A stretch of 64,000 bases of DNA from Euglena gracilis (Eukaryota): assembly GCA_039621445.1 (NCBI GenBank), contig CP154954.1:17638589-17702588 (forward strand), given 5' to 3'. The translations under genes were made by a program, and so were the position numbers. The notes below the pieces were generated by a model. That model ran no database searches and was not told where the DNA came from. It worked only from the letters and a program-made list of their open reading frames with translations. Below, piece after piece: positions 26,216 through 38,199 of this stretch. Numbering within the stretch: the first letter of the stretch is position 1; every line of letters starts with the position of its first letter.

Positions 26216-27672
26216 CAGACCTCCATTTAGTATGTATGACCAAAAAATTTTTTTACGTATCACATGTATCACAGCCTAAAAATTAATGTATCACATATGT
26301 ATCACCAAAAAATTTTTAATGTATTCCATATGTATCACCAAAAAAATTTTAATGTATCACATATGTATCACCAAATTTTTTGAAAATTTTTTACATTTTT
26401 ACATTTTTACATCGAAATGTTTTTTCAGCTTCCTGTTCCACTTTTTCTTGTTTCTTTGCCTCTCTGCCTCTGCAGACAAATGGAATATGCGCAGGGGGAC
26501 CTCGAATCCTCTGCAGAATCATCTTCTGTGGCATCAGTCGGGGTTGAGGAAGTTCCGAAAGAGATGTTGTCATTGGAGGTCGTTTCAACACAGAAGGAAG
26601 AAAGTGATTACTCTTGTCCATGGTTTGAGGAATTGTTGTCTCGGAATCCTGTATTCCGTCGTTTTGAAGGTTCCCTTCGGAACGAGGGCTTTGACAGCAA
26701 GGAAACTTTTGGATTCATCACAATTGAGGACATGGCACGCATGGCAATTCCTCCGGGGGTGACTTTTGGCCACTTTTGGCCACTTTTGGCCATTTTAGGT
26801 TGCTTTTGTCTCCTTTTGGCCCATTTGTCACCATAATTCATCAATTTTGACCTATGTTGACCATTTTTGGCCACTTTTTGCCCACTTTTTGTAATTTTGG
26901 GCCATTTTGTCCTGCTCTTGGGGCATTTAGGGCCATTTTTGACCATTTAAAGCCATTTTCGACCTTTTTTTTTTGAGATTTTTGCCATTTTTTTGGTCTC
27001 TTTTTTGGTCCAATTTGACCATTTTTGAGCATTTTGTGCCAGTTTGTTGCCAAAAGAACAAAAAAAGCTTCTAAAGTGACCAAAATTGGCCAAAAGCAAG
27101 GCCATTTTGGGCCATTCTTGGCTTTTTTTGGACCATTTTGGGCATTTTTTTTTGTTATTTTTTGCCTGCTTTTGGTAACTTTTTGGTCCATTTTGATCAT
27201 TTTTGACCATTTTGCACCAGGTGCAGCTTCTGGAGTCTCAAAAACAGTGTCCAAAACAGCTTTTCTTTGGCCTCTTTTGCCCACTTTTGGCCATTTTAAC
27301 CATTTTTACCCCCCCACCTACGGCCGACCACTGCCAACCGCAGCCGACCGCGGGCTAAAATTTGGAATCTGTCATAGGTCCTTGGTCAGCACCACGGAAG
27401 TGGGGATGGAGCAGCCATGGGACCTGAGTTCCTGAAGCCCGGGTGAGCGCCATCATACGTGCGTCTGTGAATTTTTCATCTTAAAATTTTGTGTTTCACA
27501 ATTTTATTATATGTTTCACCAAGGAGAATTTGTGTATCACACATGTATCACCAAAATTTTTTTAATGTATCACATATGTATCACCAAAAAAATTTAATGT
27601 ATCATATACGTATCACCAAAAAAAAATTAATGTATCACAGATACGTTGTGATACGCACTAAATGGAGGTCTG
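26216..27672. mobile_element. non-autonomous hAT element inserted inside C/D snoRNA-like gene 1
   Basis: TIR CAGACCTCCATTTAGT...ACTAAATGGAGGTCTG. 8-bp TSD GTCAT(T/C)GC. Subterminal ATGTATCAC repeats at both ends and a low-complexity TTTTGGCCA core. Confidence 0.9.
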
Positions 27673-28797
27673 GTCATCGCATGATGGATGGTCAAACCTC
27701 TGAGAAGTCTGAGCTGCCCCCCGGAGGATTGTTCCCGGTTGGGTGGGGTGTGGGCTGGGCCGGGGTCGGCATTGGTTTCGCTTTTAGCGCACACGAAATC
27801 GCACAGCACAACAGGTGCGCACGCACACGGGCGCAGAGACACAGACCCAGACCCAGGCGGGAAGGGGGGTTGGGGAGGAGGTGTGGTGACTAACCCGCAT
27901 GGGGGCTCGATGATGCCAACCCACAAGTCTTCTGCTCTGTGATGCACATCTCAACTTGGTCGATGCTACTGAGGCCCCTGGAACACCTGTTTGGTCGTGT
28001 TCCTGCACAACAGGTGATTTTTTTTTTCAAGGCTGTTTGGGGCCCATCCATTTCTGTTACAGCCTGCGCATTGGACGGGTGACGTTGCTGGCTGGAAAAT
28101 GGGGGTTGAGAGGGCTGGCCGCGGGGTGTGGCTGCGTGGAATGGCGGCTGTTTTGGCCGCAGTCACTCCAGCGAGCAGGAGGCAGGGCCATGGGTGGTTG
28201 GCTCACCACCAACTGCGTGTTGGTGGTGAGATTTTTTCACGCAAAAAAAAGCATATTCATCCACACCCACAAACACTGTGTGGTTGTGGGTTGGTGTGGG
28301 GGGGGGTGGCAGCCTTAATATCCTCCAGCACGCCAATCCGATGGTGCTGCTGGCCGGAAAATGGGGCGAGATTGTGACGTGGATGTTTACAGGAATGCAG
28401 AACAGCAATGGTGTCAACAAAGGGTGTCTACACGGGCCAAACTGGGTTTGGAGGGAGCCCAACCTGGGACGAAGGGTTGGGGGATGTGCAGTTGCTGAAG
28501 TGGTGTTGGCGGGGGCGGACGGATGGTGTCCTCCTGGCAGCGGTGATGACCCCCAAGTCCCCAGAGTCATCGCATGATGGATGGTTAAACCTCAGAGAAG
28601 TCTGAGCTGCCCCCTGGAAGATTGTTCCCGGTTGGGTGGGGTGTGGGCTGGGCCGGGGTCGGCATTGGTTTCGCTTTTAGCACACGAAATCGCACAGCAC
28701 AACAGGTGCGCACGCACACGTGCGCAGAGACACAGACCCAGACCCAGGCGGGAAGGGGGGTTGGGGAGGAGGTGTGGTAACCAACCCGCATGGGGGC

Positions 28798-29843
28798 CAG
28801 ACATTCATTCAGTGTGGTACACCAAGGTTGTCATTTTGTGGTTCACTGTGGACACCACAAAAATTTTTGTGGTTCACCTGTGGACACCCAAAATTTTTTT
28901 GTGGTTCACTTGTGGACACCAAAAAAATTTTTGTGGTTCACCTGTGGACACCAAAGTAATATTTGTGGTTCACATGTGGACACCAAAAAAAATTTCCCAC
29001 CGCCTGCTGACATTTGCATCATTTTCTTTCTCATCAACAGCAATGAAGCAATCTTCTTTGAACATCATCAACAGCAATGAAGCAATCTTCTTTGAACATG
29101 TTTGACTCAGGCGGCGTAAGTTGGCAAAAATTCTGGTGCTCTAAAAACAGAAGAGGAAGTGGAAAACCACTTCCAAAAAAGGGTCATATTTTTTTTGAAG
29201 AGGTTCTGATTTTGGCCAATTCTGGTGGACGTTTGGCTCGCAGTAAAGAGACCTACACAGTCGAAAAGAGACCGGCTCCTACCTCAAAACAAAGCACATG
29301 GCATTGTCGATTTTTCAGGCACTTTTTCAGGCACTGAGGCACTCAACTGACATCCCACAATGCCCCAGAACGCTCCCAATGTCCGCAGCCATGCCAGAGC
29401 CCCACGATAATGTCGCGTGTTTCTGCTTCCATGAAGCGGAATTCCGCTCTATCGACGCCAGTATTTAACTTTTTGATGGTATCCTTGTTGGGTAAGTTGT
29501 CTATACAGCATGTCTGCTTGAGAACTCTCGATAGCAATCTGTCCAATTTCAACTGCCACGCTTCATGGATTGAGCCGGGGCCAAGGCTCACAATGTGGCT
29601 GAGGTGTCTAAAGATCAATCCGCCTTTAGGTGTAATTGTTTTTTTCGCTCCTCAATCAATTTTTGTGGACCACAAAAATTTTTGTGGACCCCACAAAAAT
29701 TTTTGTGGTTCACCTGTGGACACCAAAATTTTTTTTGTGGTTCACCTGTGGACACCAAAAAATATATTGTGGTTCACCTGTGGACACCAGAAAAAAATTT
29801 GTGGTTCACACGTCTTTTGTGAACCACACTAAATGAATGTCTG
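28798..29843. mobile_element. non-autonomous hAT element inserted at the 5' stem of C/D snoRNA-like gene 2
   Basis: TIR CAGACATTCATT(C/T)AGTGTGG. 8-bp TSD ATGGGGGC. Subterminal TGTGGTTCACCTGTGGACACC repeats. TIR resembles that of 26216-27672. Confidence 0.9.
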
Positions 29844-31022
29844 ATGGGGGCTCGATGATGCCAACCCACAAGTCTTCTGCTCTGTGATGCACATCTCAAC
29901 TTGGTCGATGCTACTGAGGCCCCTGGAACACCTGTTTGGTCGTGTTCCTGCACGACAGGTGATTTTTCTTTTCAAGGCTGATTGGGGCCCATCCTTTTCT
30001 GTTACAGCCTGCGCATTGGACGGGTGACGTTGCTGGCTGGAAAATGGGGGTTGAGAGGGCTGGCCGCGGGGTGTGGCTGCGTGGAATGGCGGCTGTTTTG
30101 GCCGCAGTCACTCCAGCGAGCAGGAGGCAGGGCCATGGGTGGTTGGCTCACCACCAACTGCGTGTTGGTGGTGAGATTTTTTCACGCAAAAAAAAGCATA
30201 TTCATCCACACCCACAAACACTGTGTGGTTGTGGGTTGGTGTGGGGGGGGGTTGGCAGCCTTAATATCCTCCAGCACGCCAATCCGATGGTGCTGCTGGC
30301 CGGAAAATGGGGCGAGATTGTGACGTGGATGGAATGCAGGACAGCAATGGTGTCAACAAAGGGTGTCTACACGGGCCAAACTGGGTTTGGAGGGAGCCCA
30401 ACCTGGGACGAAGGGTTGGGGGACGGGCAGTTGCTGAAGAGGTGTTGGCAGGGGCGGACGGATGGTGTCCTCCTGGCAGCGGTGATGACCCCCAAGTCCC
30501 CAGAGTCATCGCATGATGGATGGTCAAACCTCAGAGAAGTCTGAGCTGCCCCCTGGAGGATTGTTCCCGGTTGGGTGGGGGTGGGCTGGGCCGGGGTCGG
30601 CATTGGCTTCGCTTTTAGCACACGAAATCGCACAGCACAACAGGTGCGCACGCACACGGGCGCAGAGACACAGACCTGGAGGTGTTGGAGGAGGAGATGG
30701 TGACCGTGTTGCCAGCACGCTTGTTCCCTTGGAACACCTGTCCGTTTATGTCCCCAGACATGAAGTTTATTGCCAATTTTTTGTGATCCACCCATTTCTA
30801 TTGAAGCCTGCGCATTGGACGTTATGCTTGATGAACCTTTGTGCTGTCATTATTATTCCTTTTGGGGGTTAGCTTTGGTTGCTTTGGTTGTATTCGGTTG
30901 CTTTTGGTTCATATGGAATTGGGTGGTCCAGTTTTCGACCCCCATTTCAGTCAGCATTAATTATTTTATACTTCGCACCCCGCTTGGTGCGGGTCATGCA
31001 TCTCTGCCATGGGTGGCCGCAG

Positions 31023-31162
31023 GTGGTGGACCGGTGCATCCTGGCCATGGTCAACGAGGCGGCCCGCATCTTGGAGGAGAAGATCGCGGAGTGCCCCGAG
31101 GACGTGGACCTGGGGATGGTGTTTGGCACCGGCTTCGCCCCGTTCCGGGGAGGCCTCCTGAG
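31023..31162 (+). CDS. fatty-acid oxidation multifunctional enzyme (FadJ/HADHA type), 3-hydroxyacyl-CoA dehydrogenase C-terminal domain exon
   Basis: CAG acceptor, GT donor 31163. Encodes VVDRCILAMVNEAARILEEKIAECPEDVDLGMVFGTGFAPFRGGLL, carrying the 3HCDH C-terminal NEA...D.D.G...G.GF..F.GG signature. Confidence 0.9.
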
Positions 31163-31575
31163 GTGGCCCCCATCCATTCTCTGTGACCCCTTACATCGAA
31201 CCCTGCCCACAACTCACGTCATCTTGCAAAAAAAACCTGCCAATTTTTTCCGGGCCGTTTTCAGATTTGGCAATTTTTCGGTTTCCAATTTTGTCGGTTC
31301 TAATTTTATCTATCCGCAATTCCCCCCCCCCCAGTAAAAGGTCAGCAAGCACATTTTTTGAGTTTTGGGAGGATGGGCGATGGTCAGAAATCATTTTCCC
31401 CCATTTTTGCCAAAATATGCCAATTTGCGGCCGTTTTGCTTGTGGATTTTGCATTTATTATGTTGGGACGGAATTTTTTTCCCACTGAGGACCAACCTGG
31501 TGGGGGGGATCCCCACCCTAAAAAAAATCTCTGATGGAGAAGCCTGGGGGTGAGAGCATGCACCGCCCCTCACAG

Positions 31576-31675
31576 CTATGCAGACAACCGGGGAATCCCG
31601 GAGATCGTTTCAGCGCTTCGAAAGCTGACTGAGAAGCATGGCGACCGCTTTACGCCGGCCCCGTTGCTGGTGCAG
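31576..31675 (+). CDS. FadJ/HADHA-type enzyme, next exon
   Basis: CAG acceptor, phase 2 matching the previous exon. Encodes (S)YADNRGIPEIVSALRKLTEKHGDRFTPAPLLVQ. GT donor 31676. Confidence 0.88.
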
Positions 31676-31888
31676 GTGTCTGTGATGTGGAGAACAAGAT
31701 CCTTTTTATCATAATTTGAAGTGTAATGAAATTTTTTAGGGTAAAAAAAAAACTTGCCTCCAAAGTCAATCAGGTTCGGTCGACAAGTTTTCACAGGTAT
31801 CTTCACCCCCCCCCCCGGCCGGCCGGCTCCCGAATGGAAATTTTCACTGTTAGGTTTCAAGGTCAGGGGGTGAGGGCTGTGCGGGAAT

Positions 31889-32285
31889 CAGGCATTTGCT
31901 CAAGGGATTGCAGTACCCCCCGGGGGGGGGGGGGTTGGACTGCAGCTAGTCCAAATTTGGCTAGTGGGATTTCTAGCAGACCCCCCCGGGGGGGTCTGCT
32001 AGCAGGCTAGCTAGTGGAAAAAAAATTTTCAGTGACCGGCGCAAAGCGCTGAAATTTTTTTGGGGACCCCCAAAAATGGCCAAAAATGCCCGTTTTTGGC
32101 CATTTTTTGTGAATTTTTGGAACAAAATCAGCCAAAAACCTATTAAAAGCCTCATTTTTCCAGTTCGGGGGGACCCCCGACCCCCCCCCCCCGGGGAGGG
32201 GGGTCTAGCTAGTCCACTTTTTCCAGTGTCTAGCCGATTGGCTAGCCAGTACCCCCCCCCCCGGGGGTCCTTAAGCAAAAGCCTG
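31889..32285. mobile_element. hAT MITE (intronic)
   Basis: TIR CAGGC(A/T)TTTGCT(C/T)AAGG and 8-bp TSD GCGGGAAT. Confidence 0.9.
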
Positions 32286-32945
32286 GCGGGAATCCCCGAA
32301 CCCTATGGGTGGTGGGGGGGGTCTGACCCCCCCACCAGGCTTTCCCATGCAGCCCTGGGTGAGGGAGCCGACCCCCCCCGGTATTTTTGGAGTATTGTCT
32401 GGTGGATCAATTAGCCAGTGATATTTCCCAATTCAAAATTTTCCCAAAATTTTGTTTCCCCTATTTTTTGTTCGTCGCAATTTTTGTCAGCATTTAAGAA
32501 CTACAATTGACCAATTGATGTGAAATTGGTCCAAAAATGCGAAGTATGTAGCCGGAAAAACGAAAGGCAAAATGTGCAAAAAAAAAAGCGAAGAATACGA
32601 CGTTCACAAATTTTTCATTATGAGAAAAATGCAAATTATGCAAGAAAGCAAAGCAAAGCTAAAAATTGTTGGATTATTCAAATAAATGCAAATTATTCAT
32701 ACCCTCCCCCCTGTTGAACAGGTGACAGAAAGAAGAGGCATCAACTGACTAGGTCTGTAGGTGGTTAACTGACCAGTTTTCATTTCTTTGTACGCAACAA
32801 TAACAACATTTTGCTTTGAAAATTGTTTTGTTGTGACCAGTGAATGCTGTCTATGTATGTATGGGTAAGCACCATCAATTATATTGTGCTGATTTTGGGG
32901 TCGGTCGAAAAAGCAGTTGCCTATTGGGTCGGTTTGCTTTCTCAG

Positions 32946-33074
32946 ATGGCGGAGAACAAGAAGGTCTTCTTCCCACACCGGCCTCGTATCCAGGCCTTTG
33001 CTTCCAGAGTGTACAACACCCCCCCTCCGACGAAGGCTGGTTTCTGTTGCCAAGACCCAGATCCACTACCCTGA
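32946..33074 (+). CDS. FadJ/HADHA-type enzyme, probable last or penultimate exon
   Basis: Pyrimidine tract plus CAG, phase 0. MAENKKVFFPHRP... continues the typical '..LL.QMA..GK.F' end. The 3' boundary is uncertain: stop at 33074 or a donor near 33040. Confidence 0.62.
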   Translation: MAENKKVFFPHRPRIQAFASRVYNTPPPTKAGFCCQDPDPLP

Positions 33075-34356
33075 TTGCGAGATTATTGCAACAGGTCAAA
33101 AAGGGTTTTTCCAGCTTCGTGGGAGGGTGGTCCAGAGCTGGAAAATTGCTTGTGGCTGGCTGGAACCCCCAGGGGTGGTGGAGTCAAAATTTATTTAGGC
33201 CAGTCAGGGCAAATTTGGGGTCAAAGAAAATCGATTTGTTGCATATTTGGCAGTTTTTTTGACATTTTTTTTTGCAGTTTCAGTTTATTGGCACCGGGGT
33301 CCAGGGGGGGGGGGGTCAGCCAGCAGCTTTTTTCCAGCCAACCCAAAGTTTCCAGCCTCTGAGCTGGGAAATTTGGACCGCAGGAGGTCGTTAAAAAGCG
33401 CCCTGATTGAAATATAATGGCCAGGAAATGGAATTTTTTTAAGACAGTAATTTGCAGGCACCAAATCCCAGCCAGTTTCCCCAAAGCAGATCCTGCGAAG
33501 GCGTGCTCCTGTCCCAATGACAGAGTCCAAGCCAAAGCCGAAGGTCTCTTACTTCTAAGTCTTCTTACTTCTTTACCACTTTTCATTGGCTGACGTAGCC
33601 AAAATGCAGGTGACAGGAGATGCATTGCCGATGCTGAACCTGTATTGGGCACGCATTGGAAATCCAATTTGAGGAAAGGGCACCAAAATCATGTGATGAT
33701 GCCATTTTGCCACAGGGGAAGAGTGGTTGGGACAGAGGGGTAGTGTGAAGCCTGGTCTGGGCTAGGCATCTGTGTCACCGAGATGGTACCGTAAAACAAC
33801 CTTGTTTTGTTTGCATTTAATTTATTTCATTTCACTTTTTTTGGTCGAAGTATTGGGCCGAAATGAACAAACGCTCTGCTGTCGCAGCTCTTGTGACAGG
33901 GTCAAACCATTTGTTGCTGCCCAAAGATTTCAGATTTTTGGTAGAAAGTACGTTGACCTGAAGAGAATCGGATTTTTCCGCAAATTGACCCCACCAGCAC
34001 CATCATTGATATTGTGGCAATATGGTCGGGCATCCAGGCTTCTGCTCAAGGGTTCGCAGTACCCCCCTGGGGGTGGTCGACTGCAGCTAGTTCAAATTTG
34101 GCCAGCAGAAATCTGAGCGATTGGAATCAAAATCCGAGTGATTATTGCGGCATGTGCTGAGGTGGAAATGAGGTTTTTAATGTGTTCTTTTGGTTGATTG
34201 TTCCAAAACTGGCCAAACAAATGGGCAATTCGGCCAGTTTGGGGGTGCATGATTTTTGGCGCTGTTCCCCTCCCCTCCCCTAGATCAAAAGTATCTTCCA
34301 GTCCTGGTCTAGCTAATGGTTATTTTTCCAGAGTCGAGCAAATGGCCAGTCAGCAG

Positions 34357-34777
34357 CAGGCTTTTGCTTAAGGGATTGCAGTACCCCCGGGGGGGGGGGG
34401 GGCTGGACTGCAGCTAGTCCAAATTTGGCTAGTGGGTTTTCTAGCAGACCCCCCCCAGGGGGGGTCTGCTAGCAGGGCTAGCTAGTGGAAAATTTTTTTC
34501 CAGTGACTGGCGCGAAGCGCCGAAATTTTTTTTGGGACCCCCCAAAATGGCCAAAAATGCCCTTTTTTGGCCATTTTTGGGAATTTTTGGAACAAAATCA
34601 GCCAAAAACCTGTCATTTTTCCTCCGGCGCATAGCGCCGGAGGAAAAAATTTTTTCCAGTCTGGGGGACCCCCGGACCCCCCCCGGGGGGGAGGGGGGGT
34701 CTAGCTAGTTCACTTTTTCCAGTGTCTAGCCGATTGGCTAGCCAGTACCCCCCCCCGGGGTCCTTAAGCAAAAGCCT
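34357..34777. mobile_element. hAT MITE of the same family as 31889-32285, nested in an older copy (~34034-34822)
   Basis: TIR CAGGCTTTTGCTTAAGG and TSD GTCAG(C/T)AG. Degenerate CAGGCTTCTGCTCAAGGG...AAAAGCCTG ends lie outside it. Confidence 0.85.
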
Positions 34778-37700
34778 GGTCAGTAGACCCCCACTCCTCT
34801 GGGGCTTTAAGCAAAAAAGCCTGATATTTGCTCTCTTGGCATTAGGTCACTTGTCCCACTTTGAAGGAAAAAAAGACCCGTCCACAGTTTATTCAGGCTG
34901 ACAGGATGTCTTGCACATATTTTTCTGCTCAGATTTATTTTGCTCTTTCTTGAAGTGTTGCAGCCACACATGCAATCAATGCAAAAGTGTATGCATTTAG
35001 TTTATTTCAATTTGGCCAAAGCTCAATTTGTGTAGCACATTTGGATCCAAGGTGCGTCGAAGTACAATCTTTAATTCGGCCAACGTCTTATAAAGTGGAT
35101 TGATTGGCCGTGACCCTTTTTTGGGCCAACGGATTTTTTCCCGGAAATTTCTGAGAACAGATATGTCCCCACCACCTTTCAACGGCAGATTCCCGCAAGT
35201 CACCATGTGATTTTACCATTTTTTTGATTCCGCAAGATCCTCTCCCACCACGACAATCTTATTGCGTTCGGGAACGGGGAAATGAGAAGAAAGAGGGAGA
35301 CCCAGTTTGTTTGTTTTTTGTGGTATTTTGTGTGTTTTTGGTTTGGCAATTGACATGAAAAATCCCCAATTTGGTTTCCACGAGATTTTTATGCCCATTT
35401 TTTTCAGTGGTCATTTTTGAATCTTTCTGATTTTAATTTGAGTTTTTCTGCTTCATTTGGTGGTCCCCCCCCGCGCTTTCGTCCCTCATGACAAATTGGT
35501 AGTGTTCTGTGTTTGGGCAATGCATTTCTGGCTCTCATCTTGCATTTCCGTTCCATTCTCTGAATGGAGAAATGGCAATTCAAAGCGAAACGCACCGCAA
35601 CTCCTTTGGACCCCATTGCTGTTGCCGTCTTTCGTTATTTGACCTTTTGAAAAGTTTTCAGAGTGGGCTTTCACAGGCCCCTCCAAAGGCTCCGCTCATT
35701 GGGTACGTTGGCTCAGTGCCCACTCTGAGGGTCCAAAAATTGGCGGAAATGTCAACACTGGGGGGAGGGATTGCACAGGAATTCCCGGCATTTTTTTTGG
35801 GTGGCGCGTGGGGGGGGGCAGTGGCCAGAGTTCTTTCACCACCACTGGGCCCAACCCAACCACTTTGGGCCAGAACACCCCCAAAGACCCTCCTGACAAG
35901 CACCTCCGTTGCTGGGCGAGGGAGGGTTTTTTTTGGGGGACCAAACTCCGCAAATAACCGACGGGTGAAGAAGAACGCCTTCCGGGGCCACCCGTCTTCC
36001 TTCGTCTCCGACTTTTATGACCTTTTTTTAAGAGGCCGAAAACGGCCCAGCAGGGAAGTCAAAATCGTACTCCCTCGAGGCTAGACGAAAAGGGAGGAAC
36101 GGACACCGAGGGCGAAGCACAAAGACACTGTGAGGCCATGCCTTGCTCGCCGGCGGTTTGCTGTGCGATTGTTCGCTGCGCTGGGTTAGGAGGTCACGCT
36201 TAGTGCCGCCTCGCCGGAGTTGGCTGCTTTGTCTCCGACGTGGCGACCATGGTGCTGTCTTTTTCCCTGGGGGTGTCCCCCCCCACCTTCCCCCCCTTGG
36301 CCCCCATCTTCTGACCGAGGGCGTTTGAAGACAAATTTTCTTAAATGCGTGGGGGGGTCGGGCTCACAATGTCTTTGTGCTTCGCCCTCGGTGTCCCTTC
36401 CTCCCTGGTCGGCTTGCCTCGAGGGAGTACGAGACACCTCGGGCTCCGCACTTTGCCATTGTGAGGCCAGATTGTGCACTGAAATTAGGGGGGCCAGGGC
36501 ATTCTCCAAAGAACCTTGGGCACCAAGTCTTTTATAATGGGCTGTGAAAGCCTCCACCCCCTTCCATTGACCAATTTCACAAACTTCTTGGGCAGAAAGG
36601 CCCAGTTTTTTGAGTAAACCAACTCCTGCTCCTCTGGTGGAGTGGGGTCCCCAAACCTGGGGGGGGGTACCCCATGCTGGGCCAAAAAGTTTTTGGTTAT
36701 AGAAGCAATGGTATCTGCCTTTATGGCTTTATAGGGGGGTTTTAACGCAATTAAAAGGGGGCCCCCAGGTTTCACAAAGAAACGTGTTGCTGCCACATAA
36801 GACATCATCAAATGAAAGGGACTGGACCATTCGGGCTCCGCACTGCGAGATGGTGAGGTCCTGCTTTCCTTGCCGGCTGTTCTGTTCTGGTGTGTTTGTG
36901 CGTGCGCGGGGGGTGCTTCTTACTGCTTTTTGTTGCCGGAGTTGGCTGATTCCTAATTCTGCCCTTCGACCTCAAGGAGAAAGAATTTTACTGCTACGAG
37001 TTCACTTGGAAAATATTTACAAGGAGCATTACATTCACCGAAGAACGGCGAATTATCAACTGGTGAATCAAAAGTTTTTGCTGACCTTCGACTTCCAGGA
37101 GGAAGAATTCAACTCTTCGAGTTCAACTGGAATTATCCCAGAAATATTTCAATTAAGAAGACAGCATCACACTGGACTTCCATGAAGAATGATCTGCAAA
37201 GAAATTCAGACTGCCAAGAAGAACTCCAACGAACTTCCAAGAAAACAGCTGGGGAAGGTGGACACACAGCAGCAGCTGCAGAAGGTGATGAGGCGGCAGC
37301 AGCACGTCAGTCCGTGGCCATCGCAACCCCCCCACCCCCCAGCAATTCAAAGTTTTCAGGATCCCCCACTCAAAATGATGGCCATGGACCATGGACAGCA
37401 GTGGTCAGGAAGAGAAGACAGAGGGGGACTACCATCACAGGTCCAACAGACTCCACCCCTTTTTCCCAATTCCTCCCCCTCCAGGGGAAAAAGCAAAGGC
37501 TATGGCAGCCTCTCTGGAGATATCAGAACTCCAAAGGATTCAAATCAAACTCAAGGCTATGGCAGCCATCATTTAACAGGGCCTGGGGCCCAGAATCAAG
37601 GCTATGGCAGCCAGCATTCAAGAGGGCAGTGGGCCCAGTTGCAAGGCTATGGCAGCCTGTATCCCAACCTGGGAAGATCCCACTGGGGGAAGGTATGTTC

Positions 37701-38199
37701 AACTTACCCCACAGCTCCCTCAATCAAAAACCCCTCAGGAGCTGCCCATCCAAGCAAGCAGCCCCCCCTTCAGGGGCAGGCCAATGGAGGCCATTATATC
37801 CAAGAGGCCAATGGAGGCCAGAGGGAAAATATCAAGGCCAATGGAGGCCATTTCAATCAAAATCAGGTGGCCATGGGAGGCCAATGCATTCAAGACCACA
37901 GCCCTTGGGGGGGAGGCCCAAGATTGGCTACACCAGGGCCCCCCCAGAGAAGATAATCAGCCCACACCCCCCAGCTGTATATGTACCTCCCCACTGCAGA
38001 AACAGACCTTCCCCCATCTTTCAAAAACAGGGGGAAAGCCTGTCTTTGAGCAGCCCTATGGCAGGGCCAGAGGTGACCCCAGTGATGGGGCAGCCAGAGA
38101 GGACCCCAGTGATGGGGCAGCCAGGGGGAAGGACCCCAGTGATGGGGCCTGTGGAATCCCCAGACACATTACATCCAGGGGTGCCCCCTTACAAAGCCC

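Larger units (their letters stand above)
6523..30820 (+). repeat. tandem array of ~895-bp units (~23 copies) carrying snoRNA-like genes
   Basis: Near-identical unit; the box C GTGATGA recurs at ~6813, 8633, 9530, 10423 ... 24749, 26184, 28543, 30482. A degenerate final unit trails off at ~30676-30820. Confidence 0.97.

Noticed and set aside
26286-27435. Lys- or Phe-rich ORFs
   Set aside because: Low-complexity interior of a hAT derivative.
28800-29830. Regular ~30-bp TGTGGTTCACCTGTGGACACC repeats resembling a CRISPR
   Set aside because: The spacers are near-identical A/T tracts, and the repeats are subterminal within a TIR/TSD-bounded transposon.
6523-30680. Hundreds of ORFs in the tandem array, read as a protein gene family
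   Set aside because: Frames open and close with homopolymer length differences between copies, and no protein motif is recognisable. The conserved features are RNA boxes and stems.
6523-30680. Array as a CRISPR, 5S rRNA, spliced-leader RNA or tRNA repeat
   Set aside because: No unique spacers or cas genes. I could not recognise 5S, SL exon or tRNA consensus sequence on either strand.
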